62,482 nucleotides of DNA from Thermodesulfovibrionales bacterium (lineage in GTDB: Bacteria > Nitrospirota > Thermodesulfovibrionia > Thermodesulfovibrionales > UBA6898). The stretch is from assembly GCA_044450345.1 (NCBI GenBank), contig JBIOIY010000010.1, positions 1 through 62,482 on the forward strand, written 5' to 3'. The notes under the pieces were generated by a model. It was not told the DNA's origin, did no database searches, and saw only the letters and a list, made by a program, of their open reading frames with translations. Shown piece by piece: positions 45,032-55,057 of this stretch. The stretch's first letter is position 1, and each line of letters begins with the position of its first letter. The position numbers and the translations under genes were made by a program.

Positions 45032-45289
45032 TCAGTTCTTTCCGGAGAGGCTGCCGGGGATTGTGAATCGGGCATATAAGATCCTTCGGAATCTCGGGGT
45101 GTACACCAGGTCGTAGACGAATTCCTTGTCCGGAAAAAGGCCGAGCGCCGCTTTTTTTGTATTTTCGATTAGTCCCATAGATTCCTGAAGGGAGAGATCG
45201 GACTGCATCAGAACCGCCTCGGCCAAATCTACGATGAACCTAAGCCGCCTCATCTTTTTTTCCTCTTCTTTTAGAAGTTCCTCGCCCAT
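45032..45289 (-). CDS. Conserved hypothetical protein (85 aa)
   Basis: RRLRFIVD...LFPDKEFVYDLVYTPRFRRI; TATAAT 5 nt before the ATG. Confidence 0.7.
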   Translation of the reverse strand: MGEELLKEEEKKMRRLRFIVDLAEAVLMQSDLSLQESMGLIENTKKAALGLFPDKEFVYDLVYTPRFRRILYARFTIPGSLSGKN

Positions 45290-45536
45290 TTTTTATTATA
45301 CATCAAGGACAGCGATAGGGGCTCAGTACAGTCCGGAACGAATCGACAAAGGCGGTCAAAGGTGCTGAAATAAAATGAGAAAGTATGTGAATGAAGCAAA
45401 AGGGACTGACTTCGGGCGACACGGTCCCGGGACCGGCTCCTGAGCACATCATCGCGGAGGACAGGAAGTTCGCCTCATGTCTAAGGCAGCGGAAGCAGAT
45501 CCCCCTGTTTGTGACTATGATCTTTAATGTCGTCAG

Positions 45537-46109
45537 CTAAAATCTGTAGCCGAAGGTGGCTGTTGCGGTAAAGCCGTTTAGGCTGGTTCTCAATGTCCCG
45601 AAATCCGCCTTTTCCGTGAAGATGTATTTACCCTCCACCCCGGCGAACAGCGATTGTGTGAAATTATAATATGAACCGATAACGACATGGCCTCCGGGAA
45701 TTGTTCTGCTTACATCGTTGACGGTCCCTTTGACCTTTCCGTGGAATTTCGTGAAATAGACGCCGATCCCCGCCCCGACAAAAGGCTCGAAGTCTTTGAT
45801 CGGGTACACCCCCTTTGCCGTCAGCGTCACCGGTATCCCCTTCACATCATTCCCATATCCTTTGTTCACGCCGTCGTGGAAATAGCCTGTTGCGCCCTCA
45901 AGGACAAGATTGGGCAGAATGTATCGACCGTAAGCCAACTCTCCATCGAACCCGGTAGCCAGATTTGCGTCTTTGAGAGAGTCCATAAAGGTGTAAGTCC
46001 CGCCCTTAAGGAGAAGGTAGTTATTCTTCTCTGCACCCCACGATGAAAGGGGATGGAGGAAGATCAAAAAAAACACCATCGCGCACGCACGCCTCTGAAT
46101 GTCCCGCAT
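45537..46109 (-). CDS. Small outer-membrane beta-barrel protein (OmpA/OmpW-like)
   Basis: Signal peptide, IPVTLT, PFVGAGIGVY and terminal FGYRF; TATAAT 6 nt before the ATG at 46109. Confidence 0.82.
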   Translation of the reverse strand: MRDIQRRACAMVFFLIFLHPLSSWGAEKNNYLLLKGGTYTFMDSLKDANLATGFDGELAYGRYILPNLVLEGATGYFHDGVNKGYGNDVKGIPVTLTAKGVYPIKDFEPFVGAGIGVYFTKFHGKVKGTVNDVSRTIPGGHVVIGSYYNFTQSLFAGVEGKYIFTEKADFGTLRTSLNGFTATATFGYRF

Positions 46110-46162
46110 GTTTCCATTATAGCGGATATTCCGCTGTCTATTGCGGGAAAAAGGAAAGGGGA

Positions 46163-47134
46163 TCATTTGTTGAGGACTTTTGCAGCTTCTTTTGCGAAGT
46201 AGGTGAGTATCAGGTCTGCGCCGGCCCGTTTTATCGATGTCAGCACTTCCATCATGGCCCGCTTTTCATCGATCCAACCTAGCTTCGCCGCCGCCTTGAT
46301 GACGGAATACTCACCGCTCACATTATATGCCGCCACCGGCAGGTCGAAACTCTCCCTGACGTCAGAGATAATATCGAGATAGGTCATCGCAGGCTTTACC
46401 ATAACAATATCGGCGCCCTCCTCGACATCAAGTGCTACCTCTTTGAGCGCCTCACGCCTGTTTGACGGGTCCATCTGGTAGGAACGCCTGTCTCCGAACT
46501 GAGGTGTGGATTCGGCCGCCTCGCGGAATGGCCCGTAAAAGGCCGAAGCGTATTTCGCTGCATAGCTCATGATGGGAGTCTCTGCAAACCCCTCTCTATC
46601 GAGGGCCGCCCTTATCGCCCCGACCCTGCCGTCCATCATGTCCGAGGGAGCTACCATGTCCGCACCGGCTTCTGTATGAGACACGGCCTCCATCGCGAGA
46701 AGTTCGAGCGTAGGATCATTTCTTACCTCGCCGTTTTCAATAACGCCGCAGTGGCCGTGGCTTGTGTACTCGCACATGCAGACATCTGTGATGACATAGA
46801 GTCCGGGGACTTTATTCTTGATCACGATAATGGCTTTCTGTACGACCCCTTTCGGGTCGTAAGCTCCCGATCCGATTTCGTCCTTGTGCTCGGGGATGCC
46901 GAAGAGGAGGATTGCGGGTATGCCGAGGGAATGGACCTCTTTTGCATGCCTGACTATCATATCGACCGACTCCTGGAAACATCCGGGCATCGATTTGATC
47001 TCTTTGCGGACGTTTTTCCCGAAGGTAACGAACAGGGGATAGATTAAATCATCAGGGGACAGCGAGGTCTCCCTCACCATCCTCCTGATTATCTCGTTTT
47101 TTCTCAGTCTCCTCGGTCTAAGATAGGGAAACAT
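46163..47134 (-). CDS. hemB: Porphobilinogen synthase
   Basis: [43 protein letters not shown] and YNVSGEY. Confidence 0.98.
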   Translation of the reverse strand: MFPYLRPRRLRKNEIIRRMVRETSLSPDDLIYPLFVTFGKNVRKEIKSMPGCFQESVDMIVRHAKEVHSLGIPAILLFGIPEHKDEIGSGAYDPKGVVQKAIIVIKNKVPGLYVITDVCMCEYTSHGHCGVIENGEVRNDPTLELLAMEAVSHTEAGADMVAPSDMMDGRVGAIRAALDREGFAETPIMSYAAKYASAFYGPFREAAESTPQFGDRRSYQMDPSNRREALKEVALDVEEGADIVMVKPAMTYLDIISDVRESFDLPVAAYNVSGEYSVIKAAAKLGWIDEKRAMMEVLTSIKRAGADLILTYFAKEAAKVLNK

Positions 47135-47146
47135 TGCAGGCCGCGT

Positions 47147-47470
47147 CTATCCGCAGGAACTGCAGCCGGAACCGCATGACGGCGGCGGCTCATTGCCGCT
47201 TATGACGAACCCCTCGCCCTGTTCCGTTTTGACATAATCGATTTCCTTCTCGTTGAGACTGGCAAGGGCCTCTTTGTCGACAAAGACCTTCAGCCCGTTT
47301 TTTTCGACCGTCTCGTCGCCTTCAGATGCTTTTTCATCTATGTCCATGCCGTAGCTCGGACCGCAGCAGCCGGCGCCGTGAACAAAAATCCTCAGCCCCC
47401 AGCCTTCCTTGCCCTCAACCTTTAAAATCTCTTTCGCTTTCTCAGCGGCTGTATCGGATACCTTTAACAC
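47147..47470 (-). CDS. HesB/IscA-family Fe-S assembly protein
   Basis: LRIFVHGAGCCGPSYGM, GLKVFVD, IDY and a C-terminal CGSGCSSC. Confidence 0.85.
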   Translation of the reverse strand: MLKVSDTAAEKAKEILKVEGKEGWGLRIFVHGAGCCGPSYGMDIDEKASEGDETVEKNGLKVFVDKEALASLNEKEIDYVKTEQGEGFVISGNEPPPSCGSGCSSCG

Positions 47471-47609
47471 GATAGAACCTCCATTTTAGTTGATATTTTT
47501 AGGATAAGTGAAAAACCGGCCAAAAAGCAAGCAGACATTGGACAAGACGGAACTCATCGATGGCATCAGGGAGTGGGTGCCCGGCTTTCTTTTTCGGAGT
47601 AGCTGTCGA

Positions 47610-47639
47610 TTGACATCCGCGGCTGATAAATTTTATTAT
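47610..47639 (+). promoter_or_regulatory. sigma70 promoter of the glutamate synthase operon
   Basis: TTGACA (47610-47615), 18 nt, then TATTAT (47634-47639). Confidence 0.55.
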
Positions 47640-47677
47640 AGTACTGGCCGATTGACGTATATTTAGAAACGCTGACG

Positions 47678-47716
47678 ACGCCTAAAACAGCTGCCCTGGC
47701 TGCTAGGCGTTTTTTT
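47678..47716 (+). terminator. Leader (attenuator-type) terminator upstream of glutamate synthase
   Basis: ACGCCTA...CAGC-loop-GCTG...TAGGCGT plus a T run, located between promoter and start codon. Confidence 0.6.
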
Positions 47717-47765
47717 AGCGCTGAAATACGCAACGGAAAATATTAATGATAATGATGAGGTCAGG

Positions 47766-48875
47766 ATGTGCCGGTTAGCTGCAATAACGTCTGCTGAATA
47801 CGTTTCCCCGATGGAGCCGGTTCTCGCCCTCGAGACGATGAAAGAGGGACATGACGGTTCCGGACTGGGTATTATGATGAAGGACCTGGGCGGAGAGTTC
47901 GAGAGGCTGAAGGGGTACCCTGTTCTCTCGGCGATATGTTCAGACGCCGGGCTCGCCGTACTCGATGAATATATGGAAAAACAGGGGTTCGAGGTGAAGC
48001 ATTCCTGGACGCCCGACATAAGAGAGATGAAGGGGATCCAGAGAAGGGACCACTACTTCGCACGCGCCTACGAATACCCTGCTCCGTATCAGGACAAGTC
48101 TGTCCGTGAGAAAGAAGACCTCCTTCTCAGGACGCGACTTACCCTCCGTAAGATGGGGCAGGCGGATGAATCGATCATCGTCTTTGCCTTCTACCCCGAC
48201 ATCATGGTCCTCAAGGAGGTCGGCGATCCCCTTGAGGTGAGCGAATTTTTCGGGCTGGACAACTCTTCGGTCAAGGCCAGGATAATTATGGCCCAGGGAC
48301 GGCAAAATACCAATTATGCAATTAACCTCTATGCCTGTCATCCCTTCTTCATCCAGGGTTTTTCGACGATGACAAACGGAGAGAACACGGCTTTTGTCCC
48401 TATCCGTGAATACCTTATGTCCAGGGGATTCCCGGGATATACCGGTTATAACAGCGACAGCGAGGTGTTTACGCATATCCTTCATTATTCAATGAGGCAG
48501 CTCAGCTATCCCCTGACCTACTATAAACATGTGATCACACCGCTCAAGACGTCTGAGATCGCTGAGCGGCCCGACCGGGAGGTCCTCGACCTGCTCCGGA
48601 AGTCCCTCAGGATGCTCTGCATCGACGGCCCGAACTGTGTCATCGGCTTCACCCCCGACGGTACCTGCTTCATGGTCCAGGACTCGAAGAAATTGCGTCC
48701 CGGCATGGTAGGAGGCCTGAAAGGGAAATACGCCCTCATGTCCGAAGAATGCGGAGTCGACAAGGCCGTCCCCCGGCGAGACCGGTCTAAGGACATCTTC
48801 CCGATGAAGTACGACACGGTTATCATTTCACCGGGCGCACAGGAGGTAACGGTATGGAACCAGCTTCACAGTTAG
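47766..48875 (+). CDS. Glutamate synthase amidotransferase subunit (class II GATase, GltB1-like)
   Basis: N-terminal MCR (catalytic Cys), GHDGSG, GRQNTN, HPFF, NGE, DSEV and LRP. Confidence 0.9.
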   Translation: MCRLAAITSAEYVSPMEPVLALETMKEGHDGSGLGIMMKDLGGEFERLKGYPVLSAICSDAGLAVLDEYMEKQGFEVKHSWTPDIREMKGIQRRDHYFARAYEYPAPYQDKSVREKEDLLLRTRLTLRKMGQADESIIVFAFYPDIMVLKEVGDPLEVSEFFGLDNSSVKARIIMAQGRQNTNYAINLYACHPFFIQGFSTMTNGENTAFVPIREYLMSRGFPGYTGYNSDSEVFTHILHYSMRQLSYPLTYYKHVITPLKTSEIAERPDREVLDLLRKSLRMLCIDGPNCVIGFTPDGTCFMVQDSKKLRPGMVGGLKGKYALMSEECGVDKAVPRRDRSKDIFPMKYDTVIISPGAQEVTVWNQLHS

Positions 48876-50512
48876 ACCATAACCACCAGCTCTCCCTCAG
48901 AGAGTTTCCCTATATAATCAGATGGCGGGACGACAGGTGCAAGCGCTGCGGCAGATGCACGGCCGTATGCCCGGTCAAGGCCATCGAGCCTGCCGTAAAG
49001 ATCCTCAGGTCTGTTGTATCCGAAGGACCGGTGCCCGAGCCGTCTGCCGCAAAAAAGGTGACCTACATGGTCGAGCAGGTGAAGGACATAAACCGCTACT
49101 GCACGGGGTGCGGGAGTTGCACGCTTGTATGCCCCAACGAGGCCATCGAGCCCGAACTTAACCCCCAGAACAAGCTCCTCCACTTCAAGAACAAGGGCGG
49201 TGACGCCTATAAAAGGGGCGGCAGGAGAAACGACCCGTCCATCTCGACTCTCGACAAGCTTAAGTTCACCAGGATATCGATGCTTACGGACCCTGCGCTC
49301 GACGCGGGAAGGCACGAGTTCCGGATCAGGACGTTCCTGGGAAGGAACCTCCCGCCTGAACAGCTGCCGTTCAAGAACGTCGGCGGGAAACTCGTTATCG
49401 ACCGGGACGGGACATTCATCCCGCCTGTCAGGGAGATATATCCGATCATGATCGGCAGCATGTCTGTGGGCGCGCTTTCGCCCCCGATGTGGGAGGGACT
49501 TGCGATGGGCGTCACGTACCTCAACGAGGTCGAAGGCATGCCCGTGGTGATGTGCTCGGGAGAAGGCGGGTTGCCGCCGAGACTCCTCAAGTCGAAGTTC
49601 CTCAAGTATTTCATACTACAGATCGCTTCGGGTTATTTCGGATGGGACGAGATCATCCACTCCCTTCCCGATATGGTGGAAGACCCCTGTGCCATCGAGA
49701 TCAAATACGGACAGGGCGCAAAGCCCGGCGACGGCGGTCTCCTGATGGCCTATAAGGTACTCAAGCTGATCGCCCAGATCAGGGGTGTGCCGATGATGGT
49801 CGACCTCGCGTCGCCGCCCACGCACCAGACGAAATACTCTATCGAAGAGGCGGTCGCCAAGATGATACAGTCGATGTCGATGGCCTGGGGATTCAGGGTG
49901 CCCGTGTATCCGAAGATCTCCGGGACGAAGACGGCAAGGGCGGTCCTCAACAACCTTGCGAGAAACCCTTTAGCAGCTGCTCTCAGCATAGACGGAGAAG
50001 ATGGCGGCACCGGCGCTGCGTACAATGTATCGATGGACAAGATGGGGCATCCGATAGCCTCCAATATCAGGGACTGCTATCTCGACCTCGTCAAGCAGGG
50101 CAAACAGAACGAACTGCCCCTCATCGCCGCCGGCGGTGTGGGCAAGAAAGGGAACCTCGCCGCGAATGCCGCAGCACTAATCATGCTTGGGGCGTCTGCT
50201 GTTTCGATCGGCAAATATATCATGCAGGCGGCTGCCCAATGTTTCGGCGATGAATACAACAGGTGCAACCTCTGCAATACCGGCAGGTGTCCGCGCGGGA
50301 TAACGACTCAGGACCCCAAACTCTATCGGAGGCTGGACGCCGACAAGGTCGCAGAACGCGTAGTGGACGTCTTTAAGACCGCTGATACCGAACTGAAGAA
50401 GGTATTCGCGCCGATGGGCCGCAGCACAGAGCTGCCTATCGGCATGTCGGACGGTCTCAGCATAAACGATAAGGCGATGGCAGAGAGGTTGCAGATAGAC
50501 TATGCATGCTAA
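48854..50512 (+). CDS. Glutamate synthase FMN subunit with N-terminal 2x[4Fe-4S] (GltB2-like)
   Basis: CKRCGRCTAVCP, CTGCGSCTLVCP, MSVGALS, SGEGG, QIASG, EIKYGQGAKPGDGG, DGEDGGTGAA and CNTGRCPRGITTQ. Confidence 0.93.
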   Translation: MEPASQLDHNHQLSLREFPYIIRWRDDRCKRCGRCTAVCPVKAIEPAVKILRSVVSEGPVPEPSAAKKVTYMVEQVKDINRYCTGCGSCTLVCPNEAIEPELNPQNKLLHFKNKGGDAYKRGGRRNDPSISTLDKLKFTRISMLTDPALDAGRHEFRIRTFLGRNLPPEQLPFKNVGGKLVIDRDGTFIPPVREIYPIMIGSMSVGALSPPMWEGLAMGVTYLNEVEGMPVVMCSGEGGLPPRLLKSKFLKYFILQIASGYFGWDEIIHSLPDMVEDPCAIEIKYGQGAKPGDGGLLMAYKVLKLIAQIRGVPMMVDLASPPTHQTKYSIEEAVAKMIQSMSMAWGFRVPVYPKISGTKTARAVLNNLARNPLAAALSIDGEDGGTGAAYNVSMDKMGHPIASNIRDCYLDLVKQGKQNELPLIAAGGVGKKGNLAANAAALIMLGASAVSIGKYIMQAAAQCFGDEYNRCNLCNTGRCPRGITTQDPKLYRRLDADKVAERVVDVFKTADTELKKVFAPMGRSTELPIGMSDGLSINDKAMAERLQIDYAC

Positions 50513-50514
50513 GG

Positions 50515-50541
50515 GTAGGGGCGGGGTCACCCCGCCCCTAC
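50515..50541. repeat. GTAG-type REP
   Basis: GTAGGGGCGGGG-TCA-CCCCGCCCCTAC, a perfect 12-bp inverted repeat inside an operon. Confidence 0.75.
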
Positions 50542-50563
50542 AGTTCATCCAGAGGTTTCAATT

Positions 50564-52891
50564 ATGGCAAAGGTGATTATACACGGTAACGTCGACGGAA
50601 AACGTGTCCCTTCGAGGATCCTCGAGGAGCAGATCCAGGAGGCCGTCAAAGACGGCGTCCGTGAAGTACATGTGGTGGCCGAAGGCCAGCACGGCATCGG
50701 CGGACGCATCTGGCCGAGGGGCGAAACAATAAAAATAACCGTTGAGGGTCCTGTGGGCCAGCGTCTCGGCAGCATGGGCATGTTCGGCACGGACATCATC
50801 GTAAAGGGCAGCGCATCCGACGACACCGGGTGGATCAACTGCGGAGCGAAGATCACTGTTTTGGGCGACGTGACGAACGGGGCCCATAATGCTGCTGCAC
50901 AGGGCGTCCTCTATGTGCAGGGCAGCGGCGGCGCACGGTGCGACACGATGACGAAAAGGAACCCGCGTTTCGATCCACCCCAATCATGGTACTTCCGGAA
51001 TGTGGGAGATTCCTTTGCGGAATTCAAGGCAGGCGGCATCGCCGTAGTCTGCGGCGTTGACCCGAGAGACCCTGAAAACGTCCTTGGATACCGGCCCTGC
51101 GTCGGCATGGTCGGCGGGGCGATCTACTTCCGCGGAAAGATAGGCGGCTACAGCGACCGGGACGTGCAACTTCTCGATTTGAGCGCCCAGGACTGGGAAT
51201 GGCTCACCGCGGGAATGAAGGAGTTCCTGAAGGCCATAGACCGCGAACCTTATTACGGCGAACTCACGCGCGATATGTCCGAATGGAAAAAATTTGTAGC
51301 CTATACCCCTGCGGAGAAGGCGGCCCGCGCGAAGACGAAACTTTCGACGGCCGACTTCCGGAAAAATTCCTGGGAAAAGGGAGTGGGAGAGGGCGGCATT
51401 TTCGCCGAATTCATTAATCATGAAATGACGATATTGCCATACATCACTACCGGCGCGGACCGCAGGAACAGACCTGTCTGGAGCAATGAAAAATACCTGC
51501 CGCCATGCGCATATAGCTGTCCGTCACGGATCCCTTCCCATAAGCGTGCGACGCTCATACGCCAGGGGAAGATGAAGGAGGCGATTGACCTCGTCCTCAA
51601 ATATAGCCCGCTTCCGGCCACGGTCTGCGGGCAGATATGTCCGAACCTCTGTATGCAGAGCTGTAGCCGGGGGAGGGTCGACAGGCCGCTCAATATCAAG
51701 GAGATGGGAAGCCTCGCATTAAAGCAACCTGCTCCGAAACCCGCAAGGAAGACCGGGCACAAGATCGCTGTGATCGGCGGCGGACCCGCCGGACTTTCAG
51801 CAGCCTGGCAGTTAGGTCTCAAAGGCCATACGGTCGACCTTTACGAGTCGGCGGACAAGTTGGGCGGCAAGATAGAACTCTGCATACCGAGGGAGAGGCT
51901 GCCCCATAAGGTCCTCCTTAAGGAACTTTCGAGGTTTGGAGAGATCGGCGTTACCCCTCATCTGGGCAAGGCGGTCAACCGCAAGGAGTTCGACAGGATA
52001 TACAAAAACCACGATGTTGTCGTAGTTGCCTGCGGCGCACACAGACCGAGGGAGATCAAATTCCCGGGGTCCGAGGATGTGATGGCCGCGATCGAGTTCC
52101 TCAAAGGGGTCAATTTCGGGAAGAACATCGCATTGAAGAACAAAAAAGTGGTCGTGATCGGAGCAGGAAATGTCGGGATGGACGTGGCGTCACAGGCATT
52201 CAACTGCGGCGCTATATCGGTCACTGCCGTCGATATCCAGAAACCGGCTGCCTTCGGCAAGGAGATGGATATGGCCAAAGAGAAGGGGACGGAGGTCCTT
52301 TGGCCGAAGGCGACCGAAAGATACGACAAGAAGGAAAAGAAGATATATTTCAAAGACGGCACTTCCCTATTCGCGGACCTTGTGGTCATGTCGGTAGGCG
52401 AGGTGCCGATACTCGATTTCCTCCCGCCCGATATCATCACCGAGAGGGGATGGCTTAAGGTGAACGAGCTCGGCCAGACCTCCGACGTGAAGGTCTTTGC
52501 TATCGGCGATGCGACGAAACCCGGACTCGTTACCCACGCAATCGGTCAGGGCCGTATCGCGGCAGATGTGATCCATTCTCAGCTGATGCACTACGATTAC
52601 ATGCCCGAGGTGAAACAGGTCGTCGCCTATGAAAAGATCAAGACCGAATACTACGACGTCTGCCGGTTCGAAGGCTTCGATGCCAAAAAAGAGGCGAGTG
52701 TCTGTATGTCCTGCGCGACCTGCAGGGACTGCCATATGTGCGAGGTGACCTGCTACTGGGGAGCGATAAGCAGGACCGAACACAAAGACGGGTCGTACGA
52801 ATATGTCGTTGACGACGACAAGTGCATCGGCTGCGGCTTCTGCGCCGGCGTATGCCCCTGCGGCGTATGGGAGATGGTCGAAAACGTATAG
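50564..52891 (+). CDS. Glutamate synthase GXGXG domain fused to GltD-like oxidoreductase and ferredoxin
   Basis: GXGXG beta-helix (GQRLGSMG, VGDSFAEF), CAYSCP and CGQICPNLC, GGGPAGL, GAGNVG and C-terminal CIGCGFCAGVCP. Confidence 0.92.
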   Translation: MAKVIIHGNVDGKRVPSRILEEQIQEAVKDGVREVHVVAEGQHGIGGRIWPRGETIKITVEGPVGQRLGSMGMFGTDIIVKGSASDDTGWINCGAKITVLGDVTNGAHNAAAQGVLYVQGSGGARCDTMTKRNPRFDPPQSWYFRNVGDSFAEFKAGGIAVVCGVDPRDPENVLGYRPCVGMVGGAIYFRGKIGGYSDRDVQLLDLSAQDWEWLTAGMKEFLKAIDREPYYGELTRDMSEWKKFVAYTPAEKAARAKTKLSTADFRKNSWEKGVGEGGIFAEFINHEMTILPYITTGADRRNRPVWSNEKYLPPCAYSCPSRIPSHKRATLIRQGKMKEAIDLVLKYSPLPATVCGQICPNLCMQSCSRGRVDRPLNIKEMGSLALKQPAPKPARKTGHKIAVIGGGPAGLSAAWQLGLKGHTVDLYESADKLGGKIELCIPRERLPHKVLLKELSRFGEIGVTPHLGKAVNRKEFDRIYKNHDVVVVACGAHRPREIKFPGSEDVMAAIEFLKGVNFGKNIALKNKKVVVIGAGNVGMDVASQAFNCGAISVTAVDIQKPAAFGKEMDMAKEKGTEVLWPKATERYDKKEKKIYFKDGTSLFADLVVMSVGEVPILDFLPPDIITERGWLKVNELGQTSDVKVFAIGDATKPGLVTHAIGQGRIAADVIHSQLMHYDYMPEVKQVVAYEKIKTEYYDVCRFEGFDAKKEASVCMSCATCRDCHMCEVTCYWGAISRTEHKDGSYEYVVDDDKCIGCGFCAGVCPCGVWEMVENV

Positions 52892-52918
52892 GGGATCATT
52901 TCCAAAATATAAAAACTG

Positions 52919-52946
52919 AAGGGCGATCGATGAGACCGCCCTTTTT
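52919..52946 (+). terminator. Intrinsic terminator
   Basis: AAGGGCG...CGCCCTT plus TTT. Confidence 0.7.
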
Positions 52947-53028
52947 GTTTTAAGTGTCTTCCGACTTAGATGAGGCAGGAACCCGCATTAAGAAAATTTC
53001 AGCGAAGCGCGAAAAAGCAGATTGACCT

Positions 53029-53044
53029 TATGATATGCGTCATA
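53029..53044 (+). promoter_or_regulatory. Crp/Fnr-family site at a class II position upstream of the DUF2249 gene
   Basis: TATGA-TATGCG-TCATA palindrome centred about 41.5 nt before the TSS implied by TAGAAT at 53066-53071. Confidence 0.5.
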
Positions 53045-53114
53045 GCGCGAAGTTCCTGGAAACCTTAGAATGATAATAGCTAAGCAGAAATTCTAAGGAG
53101 TAAAAGGAGCCGCC

Positions 53115-53336
53115 ATGAAAGAACTGAAAGTTTCAAACATTGTCCCCAAGGAAAGACATCCGCTTATATTCAGGACCTTCGATGACCTAAAAGAAGGCGA
53201 TTCGTTCGTCCTCATCAACGATCACGACCCTAAACCCCTTTACTACCAGTTCCTTCACGAACGGACAGGCCATTTTGCATGGGAGTACGTCCAGGAAGGG
53301 CCGGACGAATGGAAGGTGAAGATCACGAAGAACTGA
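53115..53336 (+). CDS. DUF2249 protein
   Basis: ERHPLIFRTFDDL.EG...LINDHDPKPLYYQF...WEYVQEGPDEWKVKI. Confidence 0.9.
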   Translation: MKELKVSNIVPKERHPLIFRTFDDLKEGDSFVLINDHDPKPLYYQFLHERTGHFAWEYVQEGPDEWKVKITKN

Positions 53337-53545
53337 ATATTTTAGATCGGAAGTTCGGGTTTTTTTTACGGAAAGGGCCGGGCTTTAATCGTTGGCGTGT
53401 GAGGGTCATGCGTTGCATTGTTGTATTGCCCTCTCAATAGCGGCATCTAATACAAATATGGAAACTCCCACACGATTGACCGAATTTTGGGGACCGCCTC
53501 TCCATTCCCGGTCGGGCGGGATGTTTTTGCTGGCCTTTTTGCGTA

Positions 53546-53827
53546 TTACTTAGCTTTGGATTTGTGTTTTATAGGTCGTGGAGCAGGAATACCATAAAGC
53601 ATACCTTCTGCGCTAATATCTTCATCAATGTCCAGCCAATGCACACCGTCCCCGTCTCCTATTATTCTGTAATTTGCGCGCTGTTTAGGCGTCGCATCGG
53701 ACAACCGCCATGACCATGCAAGCGGAACACTGATTACACGTCCGTCAACAAGGTGAGCCGTAATTGTGTCCTCAGTGACTTTTATATCTTTAATTCTTAC
53801 TTCTTGAAGTTTCACCGCAGTGCTCAT
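53546..53827 (-). CDS. DUF2442 protein (putative antitoxin)
   Basis: LVDGRVISVPLAWSWRLSDATP.QR...IGDGDGVHW.DIDEDIS..GML. Confidence 0.88.
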   Translation of the reverse strand: MSTAVKLQEVRIKDIKVTEDTITAHLVDGRVISVPLAWSWRLSDATPKQRANYRIIGDGDGVHWLDIDEDISAEGMLYGIPAPRPIKHKSKAK

Positions 53828-53913
53828 GCCATGCCTCCGTTATTTTGCTCGTTACAGTCAAAGCTGTAAAAGAAAAACCGATACAGTCCCGAGATATTTT
53901 TAATCGTCGGCAT
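53824..53913 (-). pseudogene. Internally deleted DUF4160 gene (partner of DUF2442)
   Basis: MPTIKNISGLYRFFFYSFDCNE joins, out of frame, directly to KITEAWHEHCG. The central P-H-x-H region is missing. Confidence 0.8.
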
Positions 53914-54214
53914 AACAAATTATATACGACCAAATAACAAATTGTCTTTTTTTATTTTTGTAGCGAACATTGTCCAGGCCGGGCAATGACTCCTGCGAAT
54001 CATCCGCAGTAACCGAAACTCTTCAGCGCGACGCTGGCACTTTCGACTTTAGGAAGAACTGATGCCTCGCCACCGCTGTGTGCGGGCATCATACACGGAC
54101 CATCTCAAAGGTCACATGCCATTTTCTCCCACGGCAGTTATGAATCTTCGCTCTTAACCTGGACTGGGGCTATCCTGATTACCGAAATGTTGAATCGATA
54201 CCTTCGGTAGAACG

Positions 54215-54258
54215 AAATAAGAAGGCAGAGTCATCTCTAACTCTGCCTTCTTATTTTT
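54215..54258. terminator. Bidirectional intrinsic terminator
   Basis: AAATAAGAAGGCAGAG...CTCTGCCTTCTTATTT long perfect stem. Confidence 0.8.
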
Positions 54259-54320
54259 GATTAAGGGCTTTACGAAATCCGAGTTACGTGCTTGCCAGTA
54301 CTTTCCAATATATTACTTTG

Positions 54321-54650
54321 CTAATGCCTGCCTCCCAGAGAGTAGACTACATTAGGGGCAATGGACTGGACGTCCTTTAACTGGATGCCTGCACTTGAAA
54401 GATCCGCTAAGGCTTGAGCACATTCTTCACCTACGGTTAGAGTCACAGTCGTAGGAAGATTTGCGCTACTGCTGAAAGCAATAACAGCAAACGTGGGAGG
54501 AGTTGCAGTGGAAAGTGAGCATATTAAGTTCACCACCACTGCTTGATTGTGACCTTCCTCGGGGTGGGCGAAGGCGGTATTACCACCTACGGATATCGAA
54601 ATAAACACCAAAAGTAAAAAGGACAGCAAAAACACTACAATTCTTTTCAT
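54321..54650 (-). CDS. Secreted hypothetical protein (two Cys)
   Basis: AAGGAGG SD, hydrophobic signal peptide ending AFA, and a downstream terminator. Confidence 0.7.
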   Translation of the reverse strand: MKRIVVFLLSFLLLVFISISVGGNTAFAHPEEGHNQAVVVNLICSLSTATPPTFAVIAFSSSANLPTTVTLTVGEECAQALADLSSAGIQLKDVQSIAPNVVYSLGGRH

Positions 54651-54745
54651 TCGCTAACCTCCTTTTCTTAAAGTACTGCAAGAACGACTAAAACTCGGTG
54701 TATGTCCCTTGTAAGTAAGTGTAAGATCAAATCTCTGTGGAAGGG

Positions 54746-54761
54746 TGTGATGAGTATCACA
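54746..54761. promoter_or_regulatory. Perfect CRP-type consensus site
   Basis: TGTGA-TGAGTA-TCACA in a divergent intergenic region. Confidence 0.5.
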
Positions 54762-55057
54762 ATTAAGGATTAAATTTTCTTAATCAATAAACTTCATTAG
54801 GGCAGGCGTATTTCTCGACGGGAAGAACAATTAACAATTTCGGTTGAACTACGTAGGGATACACCAAGGATATATCTTGAAAACCTATCGACAAAACTAT
54901 GTTGACAAGGCGAAACGAAGGGTTACTCATCATTTTCCCTCTAAAATAGGACGTATTTCTCTTTGAAATAGGACATAGTACCAATTGTCAGGGATGCCTA
55001 TAAGTTAATAAGATAATCTTATAATTCAATACGGGGCTCAGGCCTGGAAAGGAGATT

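Noticed and set aside
47147..47470. HesB-like selenoprotein
   Set aside because: The motif is encoded as Cys-Cys with no in-frame TGA.
47766..52891. Split glutamate synthase as a novel system
   Set aside because: The three-part GltB1/GltB2/GltB3-GltD arrangement is already known from sulfate reducers and archaea.
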